A DNA stretch of 64,000 nt from Octopus vulgaris (taxonomy: Eukaryota): contig OX597823.1 of the NCBI GenBank assembly GCA_951406725.2, positions 65,410,001 through 65,474,000 of the forward strand, written 5' to 3'. A program made the position numbers and the translations under genes. The notes beneath the pieces were generated by a model that was given only the letters and a program-made list of their open reading frames with translations, had not been told where the DNA came from and did no database searches. Within the stretch, counting starts at the first letter, position 1. Each line of letters opens with the position of its first letter. This document shows, piece by piece, positions 40,266 to 53,100 of this stretch.

Positions 40266-41004
40266 ACATTTTATGGTTATGAATCTAATGTCACACATCC
40301 CACATTTGTTCCCACTCAGTGGCACTCCACACAATGTTAAATATTTGATGCAAAATTTTCACTCTTTTCTATCGTTTCTCTACCCTTCTCCGTACTCCTA
40401 TAGTACACAAAAATTGCCCATCTATTTCTATCTGTCTCCCAACCTATCTGCTGCCTTTCTGTTTTTATTAACTTGCATTTCTTCCTCTGTCCATCTGTCA
40501 ACAACGTACTGTCTGTCTTTATTCCCTTTTTTCTCCGCACTCTTTCTTCCTACTTGTTCTGCCCCAACACTCTCTACTCCACCCTGTCTCTCTTTCTTCA
40601 CTTTTTGGTACTTTTTGGCAGTTTCAGCCATTTTGAAATATGACTATAGCGATTTCTAATATCTTCTCTCAAACAGTGGGACGGCTTTGTCGTCAATTCA
40701 CCTATGTTCTTTTGGTACTGCATTGTATTTATGGCTTATAATAATTCGTTAAGAATATGACCACGTACGTTAGTCACGTAGCCATTATAGCCATTATTAT
40801 TGCTTACAGTACTAAAAGACCATCCAGGTTGTTTTATCCCTAATCTTTTTTCTACTTGACCAGAACGTAGGTAAGACATATTATGTTTCATCTCCCGCCT
40901 CGCATTCACTTCGAGTATAGAACAAACGCCCACTAGAACAAATCCCTATAGTTAAGGTGCGAAAGTGGACAAAAGCACTACAGTTATATTTTTGTTTTTA
41001 CCTT

Positions 41005-41990
41005 TTACTTGTTTCAATCATTAGACTGTGGCCATGCTGGAGCACCGCCATGAAGAAGTTTCAGTTGAAAGTATCGACGCCAGAAGTTTTTAATTTTTTT
41101 ACTTTTGTAGTTATTAAACTGCAGCCATGCTGAGACAATGCCTTGAATAATTTTTAGCTGAACGTATCGACGCCAGAATTCTGTTATATATTTACTTGTT
41201 GCTGCAGTTATTAGACTACATGCATGCTGGGACAATGCTGCGAAGAATTTTTAGTTGCAGAAAGATCAGCATTTTAAAATTCAAATTTAAAGTCTTATGT
41301 TTTCTTCCCTCAGCACTTACAGATTAATGAGAATGAGCTGACCTTTTGAACTTGCTCCGGCCGTTGAAGGTCTAACAGAATTATGGCGCCGAATGTTAGT
41401 CATTCAGACATAATTCTTATCGCTTTTATGTTTCTACACATTTCTTTAAGTAAATGCTTTCCCTTTTGATAGAATTCAGACAATATGTACATTAAGTAGG
41501 AAAGAGTCTTTTGTTCTGTTATTCTATTCTACTTATTTATTTTCGATTGAACATATTTTGTTTATGTGAAATTATAGGAAAATTCTTTAAAGATTTGGCT
41601 GTTATTTGTAGCATGTGGAGAGACCTTCTAGGCTTAACTTGATCCGCTGGTTGAAAATCACCTAAAACAAATTCTGGAGTCGTTACATTCGACTAAAAAT
41701 TCCTCAAGGCGGTGCCCCAGTATGGCTGCAGTCCAATGATTGAAACAAGTAAAAAGATTTCTAGAAAATAAAAAAAAAATCTAAAAATAATCAAAAAATA
41801 TAATCGAGAGGTTATAAAAGTTTTTCAAGAGATTTGGCTGTTATTTCTAGCATGTGGAAAGATCTAGGCTTAACTTCATGCGCTGGTTGAAAATCATTAA
41901 AAAAAAAACAACTCTGGGATCAATACATTTGATTGAAAATTCCCCAAGGCGGTGCCACAGTCTAATGTCTGCAACAAGGAAAAAGAAAGA
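41005..41990. repeat. Local tandem duplications of SINE-tail sequence (3x ~80-90 bp, then 2x ~240 bp)
   Basis: CATGCTG..GTATCGACGCCAGAA repeats; AGATTTGGCTGTTATTT..CGCTGGTTGAAAATCA..AAGGCGGTGCC twice. Confidence 0.7.
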
Positions 41991-42228
41991 AAAGTAACTG
42001 AAAAATATATCGTGGGCATTTTGTCCACTTACACACTTTCAACTAAGGGGCTTTTGTCCGGATCCCTTCACTTCACTATATTCTTTCTTTTTTTGCTAGT
42101 TTTCGTCATGTAGTGTACCACATTTTGAAATCCTTGCAATTTGTATTTTATCTGCTTATGTTTACTTCAACTTTTTTTTCTCTAGTTTCAGCTCAGAACA
42201 GCGGCCATTATAATGCACTACCGTTAAG

Positions 42229-42233
42229 AAAAA
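42229..42233 (-). terminator. Pol III T5 terminator of tRNA-Phe
   Basis: TTTTT about 18 nt downstream of the tRNA 3' end. Confidence 0.65.
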
Positions 42234-42250
42234 TATTATTAGCCGCCGGA

Positions 42251-42323
42251 TGCCGAAACCCGGGATTGAACCGGGGACCTTTAGATATTCAGTCTAACGC
42301 TCTCCCAACTGAGCTATTTCGGC
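42251..42323 (-). tRNA. tRNA-Phe(GAA), 73 nt, with U at position 37
   Basis: GCCGAAATAGCTCAGTTGGGAGAGCGTTAGACTGAATATCTAAAGGTCCCCGGTTCAATCCCGGGTTTCGGCA; full cloverleaf, intact A/B boxes. Confidence 0.95.
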
Positions 42324-42364
42324 TGATGATTTTAATATACAAAATATACTTCACATTATTACGT

Positions 42365-42870
42365 ATACTACACATTCATGCCAAAAATATTGTTTATCAG
42401 CTATTTCAAAATGGTCACACTATCAATTTAAACTTCAATGTCAACTTGCTGAGGCAGTTACACAAAGCTATCAAGACCAAGCGCCCAGAAAAACTGATGA
42501 ATAGGGTATTGTTTCATTAGGACAATGCTTCTGCACACCAGTACTTGAATTCAATGGTTGCTGTATGTGACTGGCTTTGAACTGTTTGTTCACCCTCCCT
42601 ATTTTAATGATTTGGTTCCATCTAATTATCATCTGGTTCGCAACATGAAAAACACTCGGCTGGACACCAGTATCGCTGTAATGATGACGTCTTATCTGTT
42701 GACGATAACTATGTTGACCAACAAGATAGCTTCTTCCCCAATGCGATCCAAACACTGCAACTACTTATTAAAGTTAGTGGACAGTAAGAGGAACTATGTT
42801 AAAAAGAACTTCATTTGGTCCCATTCTATAAGAGTGTCTTGCTCCGTTTATGAACATTTCAGACGACCTT
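42365..42870 (+). mobile_element. Mariner transposase relic
   Basis: FQNGHTIN..LLRQLHKAIKTKRP..VLFH*DNA..HPPYFNDLVPSNYHL. Confidence 0.8.
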
Positions 42871-43818
42871 CATAATAATAACAATTATTATTATACTTGG
42901 ATTTGTTTTAGTGTTAACATTTAAAAAAGCACTTTCCCCGTAAAAAAATTTGGACCCGGGTTTGCACGCCCTAATCAAATTTTGTTCCTGGGCCAGTGGG
43001 AGGAGGAGGGCGTGTACAGGCGAGGATGAAGTACCAGGAAATTTGGAGACGTGAGTTGAGTTGACAGGTAAGAAGAGGATGTACTTTTAATGGAGAATTG
43101 CCTGCTATTTCTAATTATTTAATCTAGTTGTTCATACTATTTATTTGGAAGTTATATCTGGTTCCTTCGACATGTAAATAAAATATTATCAAGCAATTCT
43201 CTTTTCATGAAATTCTAGTTATATATCTCTTTTCAGATTTACAACAAAGGAGTACACGATTTGCGATAAGTTTGCTTAAGTTTTGAATGTAAAACTCTCT
43301 GAAAATATATTGTGGAAATCAGAACATGATTTGTGAAAGAGGTCATGCGCATGCTATTATCATACCATGAAGTGTATAATCACTGAACCCAGAAACTTTT
43401 AAAAACGCTAACAAGCAACTGAAAACAACTGTTTTTGTCTTTTATTTTATTTAAATAAAAGGGTTGGAAATTTCCATGAAAGCGTATGGTTTTTATTACT
43501 TTGAATTGCACTTGATTTTTAGAGGATATTGCTGTTATTAAGTACATTTAGCCGTACTTATTTTAAAATGAACTACAATTTTTTTTAGAATATTAAATAT
43601 GTAGGTATGTAGGTTATGGAAAACATATTTCATTTTAAAAAAAGGCAATAAATTATATATCAAAAATGTAACTCGTACACCTCATTTATATAATTATATA
43701 TCTATGAAGAACATAGAGTGTATGGGCTAACATCTATCGATTTTCTGCATACCAACGTTTATATATATATACATATCTGTGTGCTGTGTTTGAGTGTATG
43801 TCTGTGTGTGTCTGTGTC

Positions 43819-43867
<49 letters not shown>

Positions 43868-43888
43868 TACACACACATATGTATATAC

Positions 43889-43971
<83 letters not shown>

Positions 43972-44241
43972 CATACATTAGTATACAAGCAAACAATATA
44001 TATCTACACACATATATCAAGCCAGCCCATAAGTTCTGTCCGATTTTACCTTTTTTAAAATTTAATGAAATTGAATGAAAACACCACACTTATTTTTTTC
44101 TAATAAGTCACCATCCTTAAACCCAAACCCATTCCAATGCAATGGTAAATAACTAACTAAATAAAATGAATGGTGAATAGGATGGGAGATCCCCCTTCTC
44201 TCTCTCCCTCTGTCTGTCTGTCTGTCTATTTATCTATCTAC

Positions 44242-44322
<81 letters not shown>

Positions 44323-44589
44323 GACCTATATTTCTATTTATCTCTACGGTCATGGTACCTCATCCCCCAAAACAAAAACAATGTACTCTTCTTCTAAACA
44401 AAACCCCCACCAAACATGTCTTTTATATAAATGAATATGCTGTTTGTATATTCACAAAATTCTATTTGACAAGTTCGAGAAACGAACGAGAGCGCTTAAA
44501 ATAATGAAGAATTATAATATTATTTTCCAAAATTATGACGACACTTTTTCTTAATATATATATGTCTGTATATATATATATATATATAT

Positions 44590-44667
<78 letters not shown>

Positions 44668-45823
44668 GATAGATATATGTGTTCATATATCTATATTTTT
44701 ATGCACGTGATTGTGTGTTACTTGTTTCTATCTCTGATTGCAAGTACAAGTGTACCTTTTGGCTCAATGTATATTTGCATATATGGTTTGGTATGTGTGT
44801 ATATATACTTCGTACAGCGGTGAAGAGATACATGTATATTTTATGTGTGTATGGATTCTGTCTGTATACATATGGATAAATATTCATACATATATATGCG
44901 TACGTGCACAAACATAAATATAAATCTAAGCACACACAGACATATACACATAAGAATATATGCGTTTAAATGTGTATACTTTTGCGAGTAGCATGTTTTC
45001 CTTTGTACGTAATGTTGATAGTCTATGTAAACTCATACACATATGCATGTATATATACATAAGTGTGCGTCTGAGTTAGTATACGTATGCATTTTTGTAT
45101 GTTTTTATGTTTGTTCATTTGTAGGTAACCTATATTTATATGCATGGTTCTAAATTTATTATTGTCATTATTATGACTATAAATAGCTTTAACCTTCCCA
45201 TTTATTATATACGTATCATTATAACTTATATGTAAGATTTTCACAAAGCTTATATACATGAGAATATGTAAGTATTCTCTCTCTATATATATACATATAT
45301 ACATGAGAATATGTGTATATATATATATATACACATGAGAATGTGTACGTATTCTCTACAGTTCTCTCTATATATATGTGTGTCTGTTTTCTGCCTGTCT
45401 GTATGTGTTTTTTTTATTAGACTTTCATATGTAGGTTTATATATATGTACATATACAATATATATATATGTGGGTGTTGTCCTACAATGTGTGCTCTCAT
45501 GTATATAATGAGCATTGAGGGATTTCAACTGCTGATCCATCATCCTTGGACGGTTAATATAGCCATACATACATACATACACAGATATATACACACATAA
45601 TTGTATATATGTATGTATGTATATTAATTAAAAAAAGGCTGTTGGCAACGTTATACCATAAAGGAAAATTATAGTCAACTTATCTTCACTAAAGGGGTGA
45701 CAAACACATTTGCTAGAACTAGGAGCTAAAATGCTCTAATGCTGTTACAAAGCACATAACATACACTTTGATAGGGGCTGCAATCGCCCCGAACACCGAA
45801 CCGAGGATTCCTTAGAATGGCCG

Positions 45824-45887
<64 letters not shown>

Positions 45888-45889
<2 letters not shown>

Positions 45890-46450
45890 GGAAAATTTCT
45901 TTCCCTTGAGATGTTTCTTCAGTTGTGGAAAGAGATGATGGTCGAAGGGGGCCAAATCAGTGAGTAAGCTGAGTGGTGTGCCAGTTCGAAGTCAGCGTCG
46001 TGTATTTTCCGTAGTTTCATGTACTGTTTCTGTTCTTGCATTGTCCTGCAAAAACAGGACACCACAACTCAGCCTTCTACGGGGTTTTTGCTTCGAAGCT
46101 ACACACAGTTTGTCCAACAGAGACATGTAGTACACTGCATCGATAGTGCCACCCTTTAGCAGGTATTTTATGAGAAGTATTCGGTTTTTGTTCCAGAACA
46201 CTGATACCAAAATCTTTCCAGCTGATGTCTGTGCTCAAACCTTCGTGGGAAGCGGTGACCCGCTGTGACGCCACTCCATTGATTGCTGATTTGTTAAGTG
46301 ATCATAATAAAGAAGCCAAATTTCATCCATTGTGACTGAACGAGCCATAAAATCAGCTTCTCACGCTGCAAACCGATCCAAAATAGCCTTTAACGTCATT
46401 ACTCTTATGCGCTTCTGATCTGCGTTCAAGCATTTCGGCACCGAAACTCT
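45888..46450 (-). mobile_element. Mariner transposase relic
   Basis: VTMDEIW, VSVFWNKNRILLIKYLLKGGTIDAVYY, VLFLQDNAR, DHHLFPQLKKHLKG. Confidence 0.85.
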
Positions 46451-46494
46451 TATTAAAATATATATGTAAATATATGTATATATATATTTACATT

Positions 46495-47218
46495 AATGTG
46501 TGTTTAGTGGGATCCATTATCCGGGCGGATACCTTGGTAGCACTCAGTTATTTTCGAGATTACGGCTATGCACATCGATTAGAATTCGACGTTTATAGTA
46601 GTATGTTTTGCCACACTCGTCGTAAATTCCTGCGTTGCGTAATTCCGTTTTCACTTCACTTTTATATTTTTTAAGATATGTTATGTCTTATGACTTATTT
46701 ATGCATGCTAACCAGTGGTTATAAATCATTTTATTTACGATAGTAATATTTATAATTCAGAAGCTGTATAGGACACAGTTTTAAATTTATTTATTTTCTA
46801 CTGGACTATATATTTACACTCTCGCGCTAAGTTCGAATCCATAATGGATAAAGATGTAGCTGCCTTTCGCACGTGATTTCGGTACATATTTGCAACTACA
46901 TGATTATTCATTAATTAGTTTTCTCGCTGATGAGCTACAGATCACAAATTAATTTATTTGGGCAATTGATGGCAAAAATTGCGTCCGGGATTAACTAACT
47001 CATTTTTTGTTCGTCCTAGTGTTATATCGGCGTGCCTCATGAATTCTCTTTTTCGTGGTTTAGGTTTTAACTGGCGTTTTTAGTATGTAAGGAGTCAATG
47101 GAATCCTCTTTCTGTATAAAATATTTTATAAACTTTTATATTTTAAAAAATATGTTATGTCTTATGACTTATATTTATGCATCTTAGCCACTGGTATAAG
47201 TTATATATTTACGATAGG
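46495..47218 (+). mobile_element. PLE pLTR-like unit with ~90-bp direct repeats (46658-46743 / 47132-47217)
   Basis: ACTTTTATATTTT..TATGTTATGTCTTATGACTTA..TTTACGATAG twice; hammerhead remnant between them. Confidence 0.7.
46915..46998 (+). ncRNA. Degenerate hammerhead motif
   Basis: TTAGTT.TTCTCG-CTGATGA-GCTA...TGGC-AAAA-attgcg-TC-CGGGA.TTAACTAA; GAAA reads AAAA (CpG-type change). Confidence 0.55.
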
Positions 47219-47273
47219 TAAACACACACACACACGCACTTATATATACATACATATATATACATATACATAT

Positions 47274-47505
47274 ACTCTTTACTCTTTTACTCTTTTACTT
47301 GTTTCAGTCATTTGACTGCGGCCATGCTGGAGCACCGCCTTTAATCGAGCAACTCGACCCCGGGACTTATTCTTTTTTTTTGTAAGCCCAGTACTTATTC
47401 TATCGGTCTCTTTTGCCGAACCGCTAAGTAACGGGGACATAAACACACCAGCATCGGTTGTCAAGCAATGCTAGGGGGACAAACACAGACACACAAACAT
47501 ACACA

Positions 47506-47541
<36 letters not shown>

Positions 47542-47709
47542 TATATACGACGGGCTTCTTTCAGTTTCCGTCTACCAAATCCACTCACAAGGCATTGGTC
47601 GGCCCGAGGCTATAGCAGAAGACACTTGCCCAAGGTGCCACGGAGTGGGACTGAACCCAGAACCATGTGGTTGGTTAGCAAGCTACTTACCACACAGCCA
47701 CTCCTGCAC
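47274..47709 (-). mobile_element. Full-length SINE family A
   Basis: A box TGGCTGTGTGG, B box GGTTCAGTCCC, (AGTAAAAG)n tail. Confidence 0.9.
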
Positions 47710-47942
47710 GGCGTATAAAATATATTACACATACATATGCATGCACAAATATATGTGCAAGTACACCCCTTACACATATATACATGCAAATACTGATTAC
47801 TATTTCGGTCAATGTTGTTGTAATATATATTATACTGCAGCCTTAGTAATGGAAAATATAATCAAAAGGTTCTAATCAAATTCAGATTGAACGTTTCACA
47901 CAGAAACTACACAAGATAATAGGAATATTCATAGCATAATGT

Positions 47943-48027
<85 letters not shown>

Positions 48028-48028
48028 A

Positions 48029-48109
<81 letters not shown>

Positions 48110-48133
48110 GCTTGCCTGCCTGTCTGTCTGTCT

Positions 48134-48929
48134 CGAGCCGAGAAACACGGGGCCGACCTTCCCGAGATGCGGTCAGAGCGACGAAACCATTCTGCACGCA
48201 CTCGTGCAGTGTTCAACAATTTCCGATTTGTCGGCCTATGTCGACCAACTGCTGTCACATGTGGGACGAGTCGGTTTATCAGCCGAGTCTATCGTCAATA
48301 CTGTCACGCCTCCTTCCTTAAACGGGAAGGAAGAGCTATTTTCATCATCCTTGTGGCTATGGCGAAAGAATGTATCTGGTGGACGCGTCTGAAAGGATTG
48401 GAGACCAACACTTTCCTATCTCGTCAATCTCTCATCAACTTCTTCAAGTATCACTTGAAAAGGAAAGTGAGAGTAGAGAGGCAAGTTTTGTCTAGCGAAT
48501 GTTTTAAAAAAAGATTGGTGAATGTAGCAAGGATGGCACGTATGAATAGCGAAGCCACCTTGAGCATAATCCTATTAACCCGGAAATTTAAAACAGAGAG
48601 TTACCTACTTGCAAACAAATGTGGTAACATGTAACAATATTGACCGAGGTTGCCGTGGTCTTTCCCGTAGGCTTTTCTTCCCACGGATAAACCTTATCTG
48701 CTTCCCCCTTTACACCTTACATCATGACACTGTGATACACGATCCCTATTGATGGTTTTTTTCTTTTGTTTCTTTTCCTTTTTCCTTTTTTTTTCTTCTT
48801 CTTCTTTCCCTTTTACGATCCCTTTTGATCGAACCTACCCCACTTTTCTTTTCTTTCCCCCAAAAAGAAAAGCTCTACTTTCTTATCTGTCCCGTCTGTG
48901 TGCAGCCCTGTGTGGCTAATAAAGAAACG
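48134..48929 (+). mobile_element. 3' end of a Tx1/L1-like LINE (ORF2 zinc-finger region + 3' UTR) in (TATC)n
   Basis: PRCGQSDETILHALVQC..., AKECIWWTRLK; AATAAA then (TATC)n. Confidence 0.8.
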
Positions 48930-49014
<85 letters not shown>

Positions 49015-49045
49015 CTCTGCCTGTCTGTCCGACTGTCTGTCTATC

Positions 49046-49138
49046 ATACTTCTTTTTCCTTTTCCATATCCGAAAAGAAAAGCTCTACGTTCGTAATTGT
49101 CCCCTCTGTGTCCAGCCCTGAGTGGCCAATAAAGAAAG
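49046..49138 (+). mobile_element. Second short 3' end of the same Tx1-like family
   Basis: AAAAGAAAAGCTCTAC..CAGCCCTG.GTGGC.AATAAAGAAA then TATCTATC. Confidence 0.8.
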
Positions 49139-50678
49139 TTATCTATCATACTTTGCTTAATCCTTTATAAAGGCTATTCAGTACATATCACGTCAACTTT
49201 CTGATAAAAATTCATATAGCTTTGTTTTACATTCATATATATTTTTGGCACACTTCTTTTCGTTGTGTGAGTGCGTAAGTGTGCATGCGTGTGTGTGTGT
49301 GTGTACACTCATGTGCATGTGTATGCACGTGTGTGTACGGATGCATGTATAAGAGTATGTGTGTATAAATATATGTATCGGTATGTTTGTGGGTATGCGT
49401 GTGCATATTTTCATGAGCTTAAGCTTATGTGTATTGGTGTATAAAACCAAGATCGGTTAAACAGGGTAATTTAGCGATTATATAACTATATATGCACCAG
49501 AATAAAATATATACTAAGGTCAATAAGAACGATTAAATCCGTCGAATATGGTGCAATTGCATAGCAGCAATCCTGAGTTGGAAGCGATCAAAATAATAAA
49601 ACATGCATGATACATAAATCCTTGTGCGTGTTCATGTATATATATTTCTTTATGCGTATATTTATGTGCATGCGTGTGTGCGTGTGTTAGCGCGTGTGTG
49701 TATGCATGTGTGCGTATATTATATATATATATGTATGTATTAAGTACACATAACACTATGGGAATCATCTGAATGCATATAACTCAGAACTGTTTAAAAT
49801 TTCCGGCTTTATTCAAAAGACATATCGAATCAATGGCTAAGGAAATAGAATTGGTAAAAATGTGTTCCTATATAATATCCTGCGTGGAGATATAAGTAAA
49901 ATCACTGGCGTTTCTTTAGGAATTAATAATTAATGCAATTAGTTAGCAGTATTTTCAAAATTATGTGTACCACATCATAAAACATCCTGCGTAGTCTTAT
50001 ATGGCTTCATTTATGCTATTCTCTACTGCCTTTCTTTGATATTCCTGCTGCAGAAGAAATATAGCTATCGAGTTGTCGGTTAAATGTCACTTTATGCTGT
50101 TCTTATTTTTAAAGTATATTTCTCCCACTCTTTCGGTATCCCTAACTCTTATATATGTCGGCAATAAACATTAGTGCTCTTCAGGAAACGTTTACGGCTA
50201 TCGTTATTTTTACCTGTCATATAATGTGCTGATGTCTTGATTTAAATCTGGTGGCATATTTTGTTCTCAAAAATAATAATAAAAAAATATAATGGACGCT
50301 ATAATATTCAGAAAAAATGAATGTGATGTATGTTTATACATTAGCCTGCGGGTGCTCGAGTGTGTGAGTGTAAGCTTTTATTTCTTTGCATGTGAATGTA
50401 TTTCAGAGTAACTTGAAGTTGAACGCACTAAGCGAATGCAAAATAGTGAAACAAGAGTGCGAGAGAAGAATGAATGTAGTTGAAGATATAAAAATCATAG
50501 AAGAAAGAAAAATGGATTAAGTCAAATTAATGGCTGCTATGGAATTATTATGTAGTGAGTAGAATAAGAATAGTTTGAGAGAGCAGAACAAAAATGTGTA
50601 AAGAAATGACAGATAATGAGAAAGAAAATAAAAGCCATATTAAAGAAACAAGTGGTAGGAAGTGATTGAGAGAGGGAG

Positions 50679-50724
<46 letters not shown>

Positions 50725-50775
50725 CAAGTGAGTGCGTGAGAGAGAAAGAGAAAGAGTGAAGACAAGAGTGTGCGT

Positions 50776-50824
<49 letters not shown>

Positions 50825-51829
50825 AGAGCAAAAGAGAGATATATAAAAGGAAATAATATTGAAAGTCAACCGGAGAAATGAAAAGAATTTAAAATGGACA
50901 AAAAAGGAAGCAGGTGTATTACATATACCATTAAGACAATAAATGGAAAGATTGTACAAAGAAAAGAAAAGAAGAAAGACTGGGTTTATTCGTTTGTTTT
51001 TTGTCTGTGCATATATGTGCTTTATTTCGCAGTAGCACATCTAGATTTTAGCACTAATATAGTGAGATGTTCTCATTGGTGCAATTACTAGGTATTCTTG
51101 CTATTTATAACCACTGTATGGAATTTGGTATTGTTCGCCAAACAGAAAGCATAGTACTGAAGCCTGGTCTGTAGTCTAACAGCTGAATATGCTCACAGTT
51201 ATTTTAGCAGACATTGAAGAATTGTATTCGTAAAGGCATTGTCCAATTATACAAAAGAACATGGTTCAGTGCAAATTGCATGTGAAACAGTGTAAATGAC
51301 GATATTTAGTTGTATTAAGGCACTGTCTGGTAAAATATCATAACAAAAATAAAAGAAAAGATACCATTTTAAATATTTACAAACGATAGACATATTTGAG
51401 AGAAGAAAAAAAAAGCAGGTATCAGTATATTGATGCTCAAAATCAAGAATATTAAATATACGGTGAGAGAAATAAAAAAAAGAATGGTGTTAATGTCTTA
51501 TGCCACATACAGTTTAATTTTCATACTTAATTCGCATTCATTCTAGCTTCCTCAGCCATGAATGTATCGGGCCCAAATTTTGGAGTAGCTACAAAGAGAA
51601 TCACTGAATTACCCCAGCCATGTACATATGCATATATATAAATATATGTATATATCTATGTTTGCATATAGGTGTATATGTATGTAACTGTAGGGTCATT
51701 TCGACTAATAAACAATGTGTGTGTATGTGCTTGTGTTTGTTATATATAAAGTATATAATTACATGTATATAAAGTGTATATTGTATTCTATTATGCCTGT
51801 AACATAGTTGCGCTTTATTTCCAGTCATG

Positions 51830-52330
51830 CGGCACTAAACGTTTGATAATCTCGATTTAGATGTACACTTTCATACCAGTAGTGGCCGCTTCAGTTACCA
51901 GCATTCTAAAGCGAATTCTTGTCCGCTGATGATTCTGCTCTTGATGTTGAAACATCTGTAACATCTGTCAAAGAATCAGAGGAGTATGTTAATCGATTTT
52001 AAAATACTAGTAAGGCTTTCGGTTTCGCCATCAGCATTGAACGAACATGGCCACAAGTGAAGGCACATTTCCAAGCAAATGGGGTGATGGCGAAAAAAAA
52101 AAAACAACAACGACCAGTTCGTCGGTTCTTTACTAATGCAATTACTATCGATGAGAAAAACCGGCACTATGTAAAGATTTCCACATATCTGGGGAGCAGA
52201 GTCAACTCAAATGCCTTTCTTATCTATGAAACAACCAAACGTATTACCAAAGCTCCAAATGATTTCGGCAAGATTCACCATCGTCTATTGGAAACGAAAA
52301 TTAATATCTACCAAACTGTCGTTTGTTTTA
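51830..52330 (+). mobile_element. Degenerate RTE-clade LINE RT fragment
   Basis: LSADDSAL, AFGFAISIE, TYLGSRV..ETTKRITKA..FGKI. Confidence 0.65.
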
Positions 52331-52944
52331 CTCTCTCTTCTCATTTCTAATGACAGATAGGAAAGTAAGGTATCCTACACATCATGTATCAACCGGCGTC
52401 AGGCCTTTCATAAGCGATGTCTATGAACGGATTGTGAATATAACCAGAGTGAGAGAATTTCGAATATTAGACTGTTCTCTCAATGTAAAATTGGTGCTAC
52501 TTTCCCAATAAATAGTGATTGGCTATGCCGTCAGAATGAGTAACTATAGAATTCCACACGTTCGTATTTACAGCCGTGGAAGAATAGTGGGAAAACTTTG
52601 ACTGAGGCACAAGAACAAGATCAAAGATAATCCGAATGTAATAAAATATTTTCAAGGAACAATTGAAAAACAAAATAAAAAGCACAACTATATTGACTTG
52701 CAACGAATTCTATACAAAATGCAAGAATTAAGAGCAAAGGTTTTCCTCAATCTAGAAAGCCAGTAGCTTTTTATAACCACCCTGCCTTATTTGTAATTCA
52801 AATTGATAGCATTACTGTCTCGTATGACTTACAGCCATCAGAACTAAAAATATATTGCTGTGGAAACTCATTCGTTGAAATGTATGAGAGAATTCTTTAT
52901 ACGGGTGTGTCTAGAAGTATATACATTTGTATATGCCTTTAATG

Positions 52945-53100
52945 TACGAGGGGTGTATAGAAAGTTTTGAGCCTTCAAGGCCATTGACCCTTGAAGTCTT
53001 GTACCTTCATCAGAGGTCTTGTACCTTCATCAGAAGTCTTGTACCATGTTTTGTTTTGTTTTTGTTTTTGTGGCTCAAGATTTTTCATACACCCTTTGTA
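52945..53100. mobile_element. Mariner-type MITE
   Basis: ~29-bp TIRs TACGAGGGGTGTATAGAAAGTTTTGAGCC / GGCTCAAGATTTTTCATACACCCTTTGTA, TA ends, internal ~20-bp tandem repeat. Confidence 0.75.

Larger units (their letters stand above)
37981..42973. mobile_element. Possible hAT-like TIR pair bounding ~5 kb
   Basis: CAGGGCGTGCAA at 37981 and TTGCACGCCCTA ending 42973; no target duplication seen. Confidence 0.3.

Noticed and set aside
42113-42520. 135-aa ORF with a signal-peptide-like start
   Set aside because: Chance read-through of the antisense tRNA into a mariner relic
45775-45800. GGGGC/GCCCC stem with hammerhead-like spacing
   Set aside because: Both core strings are too divergent
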